From Kiritimatiellia bacterium (GTDB taxonomy: Bacteria > Verrucomicrobiota > Kiritimatiellia > RFP12 > JBMNHG01), in the NCBI GenBank assembly GCA_050950285.1, contig JBMNHG010000008.1:496001-560000 (forward strand): DNA of 64,000 nucleotides, in the 5' to 3' direction. Below the pieces are notes generated by a model. That model ran no database searches, was not told the DNA's origin, and saw only the letters and a list, made by a program, of their open reading frames with translations. Every line of letters begins with the position of its first letter. Position 1 is the stretch's first letter. Positions 36,525 to 46,425 of the stretch are shown here, one piece after another. A program made the translations under genes and the position numbers.

Positions 36525-38474
36525 ATGGGAATTCGATTCTTTCTCCTGCTGCCGGCGACTGCGGGGATGCTTTGGATGGCGGGATGCCTGGGGGGCGCAG
36601 GGACGGCGCCGGAGGCCTCCTCTCCGCCCCTCCCCGCCCCTCCCGCGCACGACGCCGCGTTCGATGCGGAGGCCTTTTGGGCGATGCCCACGAACGTGCC
36701 GTTCAGCACGTCCGTGCTGTATCGCGGGCAGGACGAGGATGCCAACTGGCAAGGCGTCATGTTCACCAGCGAAATCTATCGCGGTCAACCCATGCGCATC
36801 TTCGCCTGGTACGCATGGCCGAAGGGGGAGGGCCCCTTTCCGGCGGTCCTCGCCATCCATGGGGCGGGCGAGGATGCCGATCTTCCCCTCGCCCGGGAGT
36901 TTGCCCGTTCGGGCTACGCGTGTCTTTCGATGGATTGGAACGCCTTCAACGAAGCGGGGCCCCGGTGGGTGGAGGGCGATCCGCTTCCCGCCTGCTCGAA
37001 CACGGTCTACTGCGGGATCTGGTATCCGGACTGGCCCGGCCACTTCTACCTGCCCGCCGAAGACGGCGACTGGACCTGGTGCGCCCTCTACCGCGGGGCG
37101 ATGGCCGCCCGCCGCGGCCTGGAATGGCTGGAAAAGCACGAGGAAATCGATGCGGAGCGCCTTGCCGTGGAAGGCCGTTCCTTCGGCGGCCTCCTTGCCC
37201 AGCTCGTGACGGGGCTCGACCCGCGCGTAAAGGCGGCGGTCTCCTCGGCCGGCGCCGACTCCTGGACTTCGCGGCTCGAAGCCGGCACGGAGGCCCGGCT
37301 GGCGCTTTGGCTCGCGCAGGAGCAGGGCCGGGAATTTCTCCGGCGCTACGATCCTGCAAACTACGCTTCGGGCGTTGCCGCCCCCCTCCTTGTCCGTCTC
37401 GCGGCGGCGGATTTTTTCACTTCGCCCGAAGCCCTCGCCGGGTATTGGCCCCGCCTTTCCGGGCCGAAGTGCCTTGAGATGGTGCCGGGGAGCAACCACA
37501 CCTTCCATGACGTCCCTGCGAGCGTGGCGTGGTTCGACCGCTGGTTCGGCGATGCGCCCGCCTTCCCTGAAATCCGATCGCACTCCATCCAGGCCGGCTC
37601 GACCTGCACCGTGCGCCTGGACGCCACGGGCGGACTCCCCATCACCCATGCGGAGGTTTCCTGGACCACCTCGACGAACGACGTGTGGAGGCATCGCCAA
37701 TGGTGCTCCGCGCCTCTGGAGAAAAGCAGGGACGGGCGCTGGGAAGGCGTCTTCCGGCCTGCGGCCAGCGGCGCGCCGCTGCGCTGGTTCGCCAGCGTGC
37801 GCGATGCACAGGGGCGCGGCGCCAGCACCCTGCAGCAGGAGTGCGTCCTGAAGCGTTCCCGCCGCCCTCTTCCGGAGCCGGTGCGCGAAGTCTCCGCCAC
37901 GATCCGACACGGCTCCGCCGGCGATCTGGCCACCGCGAAATCGCTCCGCGCCGTTCCCCCGATCGGCCCTGCCGCGCGCGATTCCACCACCCTCCCATCG
38001 GAAAACGGCGTGCTCCGTGCCGTGTGGGACGATGATGCCCTCCACCTCCGCTTCGACGTGCGCGACACCTCGCCCTGGCGCGCCGCGAACGAGCCGGGTG
38101 CCCGCGATGCGGTTTCCGCGGCCTTTTCGTTCGATGGCGAGGGCGCCCCCGCCGGACGCTGGGAAATCCGCTGGACGCCCGACGCGGACGGGGCCGCCGT
38201 AGCCGCCGCCTCCCATCGCGCGACGCCGCAGGCGGAGGCCGTGGAACGCCCCGGCGCCCCGGCGGCTTCCGTCGCCCGCGTGAACGGGGACAAGGCCGGC
38301 TTGTGCGGCTACGTCCTCGCCGCCTCCGTGCCCTGGGCGTTCTTCGGCGAGGGATTCCGGCCCCGGCGCGGCCTGGCCTTCACCTGCACGCCCCGTGTGG
38401 AATTCGGATGCTGCCTCGCACCCGAACGGCTGGCGGAGGTTTCCCTCGAGGCCCGGCTCGTCCTCGGCGAATGA
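36525..38474 (+). CDS. Alpha/beta hydrolase (acetylxylan esterase-like) lipoprotein with C-terminal CBM9/DOMON-like domain
   Basis: Lipobox-like MAGC; GPFPAVLAIHG, GRSFGG nucleophile elbow, SNH; C-terminal WDDDALHLRFDVRD. Confidence 0.75.
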   Translation: MGIRFFLLLPATAGMLWMAGCLGGAGTAPEASSPPLPAPPAHDAAFDAEAFWAMPTNVPFSTSVLYRGQDEDANWQGVMFTSEIYRGQPMRIFAWYAWPKGEGPFPAVLAIHGAGEDADLPLAREFARSGYACLSMDWNAFNEAGPRWVEGDPLPACSNTVYCGIWYPDWPGHFYLPAEDGDWTWCALYRGAMAARRGLEWLEKHEEIDAERLAVEGRSFGGLLAQLVTGLDPRVKAAVSSAGADSWTSRLEAGTEARLALWLAQEQGREFLRRYDPANYASGVAAPLLVRLAAADFFTSPEALAGYWPRLSGPKCLEMVPGSNHTFHDVPASVAWFDRWFGDAPAFPEIRSHSIQAGSTCTVRLDATGGLPITHAEVSWTTSTNDVWRHRQWCSAPLEKSRDGRWEGVFRPAASGAPLRWFASVRDAQGRGASTLQQECVLKRSRRPLPEPVREVSATIRHGSAGDLATAKSLRAVPPIGPAARDSTTLPSENGVLRAVWDDDALHLRFDVRDTSPWRAANEPGARDAVSAAFSFDGEGAPAGRWEIRWTPDADGAAVAAASHRATPQAEAVERPGAPAASVARVNGDKAGLCGYVLAASVPWAFFGEGFRPRRGLAFTCTPRVEFGCCLAPERLAEVSLEARLVLGE

Positions 38475-38494
38475 ATCTGGAAAGGAGCGTCTTC

Positions 38495-39292
38495 ATGGGC
38501 ATGCGGATTGGATTCAACGGAACGTTCCCCCTGCTCGAGCAGATTGCAGGGATGGGCTACGACTATCTGGAAGGCCACGCCAACGCGCTTGCGCCGCTTT
38601 CGGCCGGGGACTTCGCGTCCCTGCGGCGGCGCGTCCGGGAGGCGGGCATCGACGTCCCCTCGCTGTGCGGGCTTTTCCCCTGGAAGGGGTTTTCGCTTTT
38701 CGAGCGTTCCGACGAAGCGATCCGCGACTACCTGGAACGCACCTTCGATCGGGCGGCGGACCTCGGCGTCTCGCGCGTCGTCTTCGGCAGCGGGGGCGCC
38801 CGCAGCTTCCCCGAAGGCGAGACCTACGCCGGTGCCTGCGATCGACTGGCCGACGTCCTCCGCCTGTCCGCCGACCTCGCCGCGCCCTGCGGCATTTCGC
38901 TCCTCTTCGAGCCCTTGCGGCGCGCCGAGACGAATCTGGGCAACTCCCTGTGCGAGGGATGGTGGTTCGTCCGTTCGGCGGCGCGCCCCAATCTCGCCCT
39001 GCTCGCCGACTACTACCACATGGCGACGAGCGGCGAGCCGCTCGACGAAATTGTGCGCGTGGGCGGAATCCGCCAGGCGCACATCGCCACGAAGGCGGAC
39101 CGGCGCGTGCCCACCGGGGAAGGCGACGACGACTTCCGGGGCTTCTTCCGGAACCTCCATCGTCTCGGCACCTGCGATGCCATCAGCATCGAGGGCGGGT
39201 TCGGCGATGCGGCGGACCTCGATCGCGTCGGGCCCGCCGCCCTGGCACTCCTGCGCCGCCTTCGCGACGAGACCCTTCCCGACCCGGAGTGA
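38495..39292 (+). CDS. Sugar phosphate isomerase/epimerase (xylose isomerase-like TIM barrel)
   Basis: GYDYLE, VVFGSGGAR, FEPLRRAETN, ADYYHM, ISIEG; AAGGAG RBS. Confidence 0.85.
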   Translation: MGMRIGFNGTFPLLEQIAGMGYDYLEGHANALAPLSAGDFASLRRRVREAGIDVPSLCGLFPWKGFSLFERSDEAIRDYLERTFDRAADLGVSRVVFGSGGARSFPEGETYAGACDRLADVLRLSADLAAPCGISLLFEPLRRAETNLGNSLCEGWWFVRSAARPNLALLADYYHMATSGEPLDEIVRVGGIRQAHIATKADRRVPTGEGDDDFRGFFRNLHRLGTCDAISIEGGFGDAADLDRVGPAALALLRRLRDETLPDPE

Positions 39293-39324
39293 TTCCCAAG
39301 CCAACCGAAAGGACCCGCCCGCCC

Positions 39325-40644
39325 ATGGAGCCGTTCATCCCACCCGCCCATCTTCCTCGTCGCCTTGCCATCTCCTTTCCCATCTGGGCGCTCTTCGACA
39401 TGGCTCCCGGAGGCGCCTACCACGACCCCGACCGCTGGATCCGCGAAACCGCCGAACGCGGCTTCAACTGCATCCGGTTCGACGATGGCGCGGGCCTGAT
39501 CGATTTCTCGGGGCCCGTCCCCAACGGCAAGGTGCGCGTCCGCGCCCCCTTCGGGCCGACCTACAGCGCGCCCATGCGGCAGCTCTGGGTGATGGGCGAC
39601 GAAGGCGAATGCGACCTCGTGGAGCGTCTCCTCGCCATCGCCGAAGCCGCCGACCGCCACGGCGTCTACCTCATCCTTTCGTCGTGGTACTACCTCCACA
39701 CGAACTGGTACTTCGACAATCCCGCGAAGAACCGCGAATACTTCGAGCTCTCCGACCCCGAGCGCTTCGCCTTCTTCGCCCGGCAGCTCGATTCGATCCT
39801 CGGCCTCCTCCGTTCGCACAAGCTCATCCACCGCGTGGCCTTCGCCGAGATCCAGAACGAAATCGATGGCGCGTGGAACTTCTTCGGATCCCTCGACGGC
39901 CGCCCCTCGCCCCTCGCCCCCGGGCAGCAGGACGCCTTCCGCGAGGCCCATGCCAAGGCCCTCGCCTGGCTTCGTGCGCGCCACCCCGACGTGTTGTTCG
40001 CCGTGGACACCTGCACGCCCTGGACCCCCGCCGGACTCTTCCCCCCGAACCTGCAGGTGTGGAATTTCCACAGCTACTTCATGTGGGATCATTACGGGCT
40101 CTTCGAGCGCCGCCTGATGGATTCTTCCGTAGACGTGGACGATCCGGCCGAACTGGGCGAAACCGCCGGCTACCTTCTGCCGCCGGAGCGACGCATCCCG
40201 CTGGACGCCATCCTGGCCACGCGCGAGGGGCTCATCCCCGCAATGGGCGGATGGAACAACCGCATCTGGCTCTACAACAACATCGATCCCGCGAAGATCG
40301 GCGCGCTGAACCGGCGGCTGTCCGACGAACTCGACAAGAAGGCCGGCTTCTACCGGAAGAAGATCGTCGAGATGCTCGATGCCGCGGCCGCCTTCCGCGA
40401 CGCCCGCTGCCCGGGCGTGCCGCTCGTCCTGGGCGAGGGCGTCACCTACGAGTCCCTCCATGCGCTCGACTGGGAGGAGGAGTCCGACACCTACTGGGAC
40501 ATCGTGGAGTTCGCCGTGCGCGAATACCGGCGGCGCGGCCTCTGGGGCGCGGTGATCCGCACCTGCTCCAGCTGCGAAGACGTCTGCTGGGATCGTTGCG
40601 CCGACCGCCTGCGGCGCCTGAACGGGATCTTGCTCGCGGACTAG
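39325..40644 (+). CDS. Cellulase-like (clan GH-A) family protein
   Basis: HLPRRLAIS, ERGFNCIRFD, ILSSWYY, AEIQNE, VLGEG motifs; AAAGGA RBS. Confidence 0.7.
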   Translation: MEPFIPPAHLPRRLAISFPIWALFDMAPGGAYHDPDRWIRETAERGFNCIRFDDGAGLIDFSGPVPNGKVRVRAPFGPTYSAPMRQLWVMGDEGECDLVERLLAIAEAADRHGVYLILSSWYYLHTNWYFDNPAKNREYFELSDPERFAFFARQLDSILGLLRSHKLIHRVAFAEIQNEIDGAWNFFGSLDGRPSPLAPGQQDAFREAHAKALAWLRARHPDVLFAVDTCTPWTPAGLFPPNLQVWNFHSYFMWDHYGLFERRLMDSSVDVDDPAELGETAGYLLPPERRIPLDAILATREGLIPAMGGWNNRIWLYNNIDPAKIGALNRRLSDELDKKAGFYRKKIVEMLDAAAAFRDARCPGVPLVLGEGVTYESLHALDWEEESDTYWDIVEFAVREYRRRGLWGAVIRTCSSCEDVCWDRCADRLRRLNGILLAD

Positions 40645-41468
40645 TCCGGGAATTCGAGCGTGGCGGTGATGAGCTGTTCGGCCATGTGCTCGCGCACGAT
40701 GGTGCCGGGGGCCTGGGCGCGCAGCACGCCTTGTCCGTCCACGATCATGCAATGGCCCTGGTGGCAGGTGCGGGCGCCTGCGGGACCGAGGGCGTTGCAG
40801 GAGACGAAGCCGGTCCCCCACTTCGGGAATTCCGGATCGAAGGGGGTTGTCATGCACACGTGCGTGCGGTTCTCCGCGTAGCGCTCGCGCGCGGCGGGGT
40901 CGGACAGGTCGGCGGGGTGGAGCATCGCGTGGAGGTCGCCGCCCGCGCCGGCGGGGATGAAGCGCAACTCCACGCGGTCGCGCCGGAGGTCGTCGGGCAG
41001 GCCCTCGATGCCGTTGTCCGCGCAAATCATGACGGCGCACCGGACGCCGTTCAGGGTGAAGACCGTGCGCTTGCGGGGGCCGGGCGACACGTTGGCCTTC
41101 GTCTCGATCCCGGTGATGTTGTGTTTGCGCTGGGCGAGCAGGCGGCCGTCGGGGAAGGCGATCAGGTGGGTGTTGTAGAGGCGGCCTCCGGCATCTTGCT
41201 CGAAGATGCCGGCGAGCACGGCGATGCGGCGGCGTCGGGCGATGGCGCAGACCTCCGCGGTCGAGGGGCCTCCCACGGGCTCGGCGAGGGCGCGCAGGGA
41301 GGATTCGGTCATGTCGTAGTCGTAGCCGTGCACGGATCCTTCGGGGAAGAGCACGACTTCCGCGCCGAGGAGGGCGGCGGCGTGGCTCACGGCGTCGATG
41401 CGAGGGAGGGTCGCGCGGGGGCCGTCTCCCGAGACGATCTGGGCGGATGCGACGGAAAGGGTCTTCAT
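40641..41468 (-). CDS. Carbon-nitrogen hydrolase (nitrilase superfamily)
   Basis: Glu-Lys-Cys triad context: LFPEG, QRKHN, MICAD; LYNTH. Confidence 0.85.
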   Translation of the reverse strand: MKTLSVASAQIVSGDGPRATLPRIDAVSHAAALLGAEVVLFPEGSVHGYDYDMTESSLRALAEPVGGPSTAEVCAIARRRRIAVLAGIFEQDAGGRLYNTHLIAFPDGRLLAQRKHNITGIETKANVSPGPRKRTVFTLNGVRCAVMICADNGIEGLPDDLRRDRVELRFIPAGAGGDLHAMLHPADLSDPAARERYAENRTHVCMTTPFDPEFPKWGTGFVSCNALGPAGARTCHQGHCMIVDGQGVLRAQAPGTIVREHMAEQLITATLEFPD

Positions 41469-41482
41469 GGCGGAGGGCGGGA

Positions 41483-43444
41483 TCACGCGCTGGTGAACTG
41501 GAGGTTGCACAGGCGGCGGTAGCGGCCGTCGGGCCGGGCGTAGAGTTCGTCGTGGGTGCCGCGCTCGACGATGCGTCCGCGGTCCACCACGAGGATCAGG
41601 TCGGCGGAGCGCACGGTGGCCAGGCGGTGGGCGATGGCGAGCACGGTGCGGTTCTCCATCACGCGGGCGATGGCCTCCTGCACGAGGTGCTCGGTCACGG
41701 TGTCCAGGGCGCTGGTCGCCTCGTCGAGGATGAGGATGGGGGGATTGCGCAGGATGGCGCGGGCGAGGGCCACGCGCTGGCGTTCGCCGCCGCTGAGGGT
41801 GAAGCCCTTTTCGCCGACGATGCGGTCGTAGCCTTCGGGATGGGCGACAATGAAGTCGTGGGCGTTGGCGAGCTTCGCGGCATGGGCGATTTGTCCGGGG
41901 GTCGCGTCCGGATGCCCGTAGGCGATGTTGAAGGCGACGGATTCGTTGAAGAGGATGGTCTCCTGGTTGACCACGCCCACGAGGCGGCGGACGTCGACGG
42001 TGGAGATGTCCCGCACGTCCGTACCGTCGAAGAGCACGCGTCCGGCGGTGGGGTCGTAGAAGCGCGCGAGGAGGTTTGCGATGGTGGATTTGCCGGAGCC
42101 GGTTTCGCCGACGAGCGCGACCATGCCGCCGCGGGGGATTTCGAACGAGATGTCCTCGAGGATCATCCGGCCCCCGGGGGCGAACTGGAAGGAGACGCGG
42201 TCGAAGACGACGCCCTTCTCGAACGAGCGCATGGGGACGGGGTGTTCGGCCTCGGGGAGGCGGGTGTCGGTGTCGAGCAGCGTGAAGATGCGTTCGAGCG
42301 CGGCGGCGGAACGCTGGAGGGCGGGGACGATGCGCGTGAGGTGCTTGACGGGCTTGTACACCATGATGGCGACGAGGCCGATGGGAATGATCTGCGTGAT
42401 CCGGAAGCCGCGCACGTAGCAGAAGATGATGAACGCGCATGCGAGGAGGGTGGTCGTCAGCTCCATGGCGGGCGACATCAGGATTTCGGCCCGGAGAGCG
42501 CTCAGGACGGCCTTGAAATAGCGGTTGTTGATCTCCTGGAAGCGATCGCGCTCCGCGTCTTCGGTGTGGAAAGACTTCACCACGCGGATGCCGGTGAAGA
42601 CCTCGTGCATGCGCGAGACCACCTCGGAGATGCGCTCCAGCGCGCGTTTGCTCCAGCGGCGCACGCGCGTGCCGAGAATGGCGATGGGCACGATGCACAG
42701 GGGGAAGACCAGCGCCCCGATGCACAGGAATCCGAGCATTTCATTTTCAGCGGCGAAGACGATGGCGAAAACGAGGGCCGAAAGAATCAGGATGGGGGCT
42801 TCGGTGAGGTCGGCCACGGTGGTGGAAATCATGTTCTCGACGACCGAAGTGTCGTTGATGGCGCGGCTGATGAGCGTGCCGATGTCGCACTTGCCGAAGA
42901 ACAGGAGCGACTGCCGCTGCAGGCGGTCGAAGAGGTCGGCGCGCAGGTCGCGCACGATGCCCGCGCCCACCCGGCGGAGGCAGTAGTGGTTCAGGAACAC
43001 CGCCAGCGAGCGCAGCAGGACGATGAGCGGCAATGCGATGAGGCTCACCGCGAAGAACTGCCAGGAGGGCGCGCCGTCTTCGCGGCGCAGGGGGAGGTTG
43101 AAGCGGCGCGCCGTTTTTTCGGCCTTGAGAAACCATTCCGGCATGGGTTCGCCGGAATCGGCGGGTGTGTCTGCCGCGAAAGCCCCCTCCGTCTGCTCCG
43201 CCACGGGGACGGCCTTGTCGGAGAAGTCGAAGGTGGCAAGGGCGCGGGGGACGATGTTCAGCGCTCCATACGTGGATCCGCCCGTGAGAAGCGCGGCCAG
43301 CACGCCGGTCACAAGCCAGAAGCGATAGGGGCGGGCGCGCCGTATGAGGCGGCGGAAGAGCGACCAGGGACTGGGATCCGGCGGCGGCGCGCCGTGTCCC
43401 TCGGTCGTCGCGACCGTCTCCGGGGTGTTGGTCACACTGTGCAT
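41483..43444 (-). CDS. ABC transporter ATP-binding/permease, MsbA-like
   Basis: N-terminal TM domain, Walker A GETGSGKST, LSGGERQR, ILILDEATSALD, IAHRL. Confidence 0.9.
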   Translation of the reverse strand: MHSVTNTPETVATTEGHGAPPPDPSPWSLFRRLIRRARPYRFWLVTGVLAALLTGGSTYGALNIVPRALATFDFSDKAVPVAEQTEGAFAADTPADSGEPMPEWFLKAEKTARRFNLPLRREDGAPSWQFFAVSLIALPLIVLLRSLAVFLNHYCLRRVGAGIVRDLRADLFDRLQRQSLLFFGKCDIGTLISRAINDTSVVENMISTTVADLTEAPILILSALVFAIVFAAENEMLGFLCIGALVFPLCIVPIAILGTRVRRWSKRALERISEVVSRMHEVFTGIRVVKSFHTEDAERDRFQEINNRYFKAVLSALRAEILMSPAMELTTTLLACAFIIFCYVRGFRITQIIPIGLVAIMVYKPVKHLTRIVPALQRSAAALERIFTLLDTDTRLPEAEHPVPMRSFEKGVVFDRVSFQFAPGGRMILEDISFEIPRGGMVALVGETGSGKSTIANLLARFYDPTAGRVLFDGTDVRDISTVDVRRLVGVVNQETILFNESVAFNIAYGHPDATPGQIAHAAKLANAHDFIVAHPEGYDRIVGEKGFTLSGGERQRVALARAILRNPPILILDEATSALDTVTEHLVQEAIARVMENRTVLAIAHRLATVRSADLILVVDRGRIVERGTHDELYARPDGRYRRLCNLQFTSA

Positions 43445-43541
43445 GGCAAGGAAATGTACGGGGGGCGGGATGGTTCGTCAAGCCCTTGGGCCGGCGACGG
43501 AAAGGGATGGGGACAGCCGTCGGCCAAGGGGAGGTCGGGGG

Positions 43542-44249
43542 TCAGGAGGCAAGAAACCCTGCCATCCCCTTGCTGGCGGCGGCGCGGAGGGCGGCGAGGG
43601 CGGCGGGCATGTCCGGCGCGCCGAAGAGAAAACTGCCGGCCACCAGGGCGTTCGCGCCGTGGGCGGCGCAGAGGAGGCCGGTTTCGGCGTTGACGCCGCC
43701 ATCCACGAGGAGGGTCATGCGGTCGAGGCCTCGGGCGAGCATCTCGGCGCGAATCCGCGCCATCTTCGGGAGGGTTTGCGGCGAGAAGGCCTGGCCTCCA
43801 TAGCCGGGTTCGACGCCCATCACGAGCACGATGTCGATCTCGTCGAGGTACGGGAAGGCGGCCTCGGCGGGAGTGCCGGGGTTGAGGGTGATGCCGCAGC
43901 GCGAGCCGGCGGCGCGGATGGCGGCGAGCGTCCCGCGCACGTCGCACTGCGATTCCACGTGGAAGAGGATCTCGGCGGAACCGGCGGCGATGAAGCGCCC
44001 GGCGTAACGGTCCGGATGCGTGATCATCAGGTGGGTGTTGATGGGAAGGGAGGTCGTGCGATGAAGCATCGAGGCAACCGAGGGGCCGAAGCTCAGGTTG
44101 GGGACGAAATGGCCGTCCATGATGTCCAGGTGCAGCGCGTCCGCGCCGGCCGCTTCGGCCCGTTTCACCTCGGCCGCCAGGCATCCGACGTCCGCCGCCA
44201 GAAGCGAGGGAAGGATCTTCACGTGGTTTGTCGCGGCGGAGTCAGCCAC
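43542..44249 (-). CDS. rpe: Ribulose-phosphate 3-epimerase
   Basis: ILPSLLAAD, LHLDIMDGHFVPNLSFG, VEPGYGGQ, VDGG, VAGS; GTG start inferred. Confidence 0.95.
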   Translation of the reverse strand: MADSAATNHVKILPSLLAADVGCLAAEVKRAEAAGADALHLDIMDGHFVPNLSFGPSVASMLHRTTSLPINTHLMITHPDRYAGRFIAAGSAEILFHVESQCDVRGTLAAIRAAGSRCGITLNPGTPAEAAFPYLDEIDIVLVMGVEPGYGGQAFSPQTLPKMARIRAEMLARGLDRMTLLVDGGVNAETGLLCAAHGANALVAGSFLFGAPDMPAALAALRAAASKGMAGFLAS

Positions 44250-44844
44250 GGAACACCCCCAGGGCAAGCAGTGCGAAAAGCGCCCCAAGCACGGCCGAAA
44301 CGGCGCCGGCGCCCCGCTGGCGCACGGGGCTCGAGGCCACCCAGGCCAGCGGGATGCGCAAGTGATGGGGACTCATCAGGAAGACCATGCCCGCCACGGC
44401 CAGCAGGTACAGGAAGACGATGACGACCAGGCGCAGGGGCGAAGGATGGAAGCGCCCGACCGCGAGGACCGGCGCGGGAAGCAGGCAAAGCAATCCCCCC
44501 ATGGCCCGGCACGTGAGCAAATCCGGCATCGCGGCCCAGGAGAGCGGGATGGAAACGAGCATCGCCGGCCAAATCCACTTCTGGATGGGCAGGAGGAACT
44601 CGAGCGGCTTCGCGTAGAGCGTGCACGTTGCCCAGACGAAGGCGAGGGCGCACAGCGTACGCCCCAGGGCGACGTTCCGCGGGAACCGGGCGACGGGGCC
44701 TTCCGGCGAGGCGGGCGCAAACAGGAAAACGCCCCCGAGGGCCAGAAGGAACACTCCCATCCCCAGGACCCACTTCCAAAAGGCGATGGAAAATATCCAT
44801 TCTCCGGCGGAGGCAAACCAGGATTCGATGGCGGGAAACATCAT
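44242..44844 (-). CDS. Hypothetical integral membrane protein
   Basis: About six hydrophobic segments; its stop overlaps the rpe start. Confidence 0.7.
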   Translation of the reverse strand: MMFPAIESWFASAGEWIFSIAFWKWVLGMGVFLLALGGVFLFAPASPEGPVARFPRNVALGRTLCALAFVWATCTLYAKPLEFLLPIQKWIWPAMLVSIPLSWAAMPDLLTCRAMGGLLCLLPAPVLAVGRFHPSPLRLVVIVFLYLLAVAGMVFLMSPHHLRIPLAWVASSPVRQRGAGAVSAVLGALFALLALGVFRG

Positions 44845-44952
44845 TGGGCAACCATAGCAAACTGCGGCACGCCGCGCAATCCCGCCAGCGGTATTCGGTT
44901 GGCCTTCCTCGTGCCCCCTGTCGCCAACCGAACACCTCGCCGCCGCCCAGCG

Positions 44953-46008
44953 TCAGGAGCGTCGCCTTGTCTTCCGATGCGGACATTTGCCCCTCGCCCT
45001 GCGGTGAAGGATGAAAAGCACGGAAACCGCGGCAACCACTGCCAAGCCGCCGACGCCAACTATCCGGCGCCGCTCGGAACGGACTCGGGGAGCGGCTGCG
45101 TCCGGCTGGACGCCCCGTGGCGCAAAAATCACTTCCGGGCTGGGCGTGACGAGCTTGCCGCCCCACGTTCCGGCATCATCCGCCGCGCGTTCCCTGCTGA
45201 AATCGAGGGCCTGGAGCAGGGCGGCGTTGGTGTTCACGGATGTATGGTTCCTATACCTGCGGGACTCGGCGAGGGCGGCCTTGAGGTCGGCGTCCGTGTA
45301 CAGGTTCCTGGTCGGCGGCTCCAGGCTGTGATGCTCCAGCAAGGCCAGACGCTCTCCCGAACGCCGGTAGGTGTCGCTCCGCATGGCCAGGATGCGGTCA
45401 ACCTCGACAAAACCGATCTTCCCCTCCTCGCGGGCGGCGGCAACCATCAGCGCGGCAATGATGGCGCGGCGTTTGGCCTCATTCTCCGGCGGCGTTTGGT
45501 CATAAACTTCTGCGGCATGGGAATACACGGAAAGCGGGTCGATGCCGCAGCGATCTCCCGCCAGAAACTGGAGGAGCACGTCCCTCGCCTCTTCCGCGTC
45601 GGCGACGCGGAGGTAGGAGCCAATGGCGATCGTACGCAGGAATCCATCCTTGGATTTGTCGGCGGCCACCTCCAGCAGGAAATCCTTGACCGGGAACTCC
45701 TCGCACTTCGGGAGCCACCGAACAACGCCGATCTCAATCGCTTTGTAGTAACGCCACTCCTCCGTCTCGGAAGCAAGCTCGGACAACTTCATCTCGGCCT
45801 CGCGGAAAAGGCTCATCAATGATCGGTGAATCTGTTCATTCGTTATGGCTGAACGATCCACGAAGTCGTCGAATTCCTTCCAGGGATCTCCTTGATCCGC
45901 GTAAAAAAAAGCAATCAGGCGTTCTTTCAGCCAATCATCGCTCTTCTCTGCGAAAATTGACGCGGCCCCGAAAAGAAGAATGCTGCATAGTATGATCTGT
46001 GTTTTCAT
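44953..46008 (-). CDS. Exported helical protein with C-terminal membrane anchor (putative immunity protein)
   Basis: Signal peptide, C-terminal TM followed by basic tail; ATG overlaps the TAA of the HExxH fragment. Confidence 0.75.
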   Translation of the reverse strand: MKTQIILCSILLFGAASIFAEKSDDWLKERLIAFFYADQGDPWKEFDDFVDRSAITNEQIHRSLMSLFREAEMKLSELASETEEWRYYKAIEIGVVRWLPKCEEFPVKDFLLEVAADKSKDGFLRTIAIGSYLRVADAEEARDVLLQFLAGDRCGIDPLSVYSHAAEVYDQTPPENEAKRRAIIAALMVAAAREEGKIGFVEVDRILAMRSDTYRRSGERLALLEHHSLEPPTRNLYTDADLKAALAESRRYRNHTSVNTNAALLQALDFSRERAADDAGTWGGKLVTPSPEVIFAPRGVQPDAAAPRVRSERRRIVGVGGLAVVAAVSVLFILHRRARGKCPHRKTRRRS

Positions 46009-46425
46009 TAGTGTTCCGGCTCCCGCGTGCTCATCTGGTTCAGCCCTACGCTGATTGGAAGCCGGTTCGTGCCTCCCATGACGGAGAGAACGTCCAGAGG
46101 AAGATCCGCGCGTGGAATGGAAGCATGGGGAGCGTTCATGATGGCCCGATAGGTCAGGTCGCGGTAGGTGAGCGTCGGCGAGTGATACCCCGTTCCCTCG
46201 CCGCCGCTCCAGTTCAGGGGCATCACCTTGTCTTCCGAGACGAGGCCGTCTCCTGGGGGGAATTCATACAGGTCTACCAGTCCGCAGGCGTGGCCGAGTT
46301 CGTGCGCAAGCGTCGTCAGGGGAACATCGGCGCTCACCGCCATGCCCCGCCTCGGATCGTTTCCGAGCAGATTACGATCCGAATGCTTGCCGTTAGCCCC
46401 CACAATAGTGTCTACACAGTATAAT
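46008..46425 (-). pseudogene. Orphan C-terminal fragment with zinc-metalloprotease HExxH motif, truncated by IS
   Basis: LYCVDTIVGANG...TLAHELGHACGLVDLY. Upstream the frame runs into the IS end at 46426. Confidence 0.75.
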
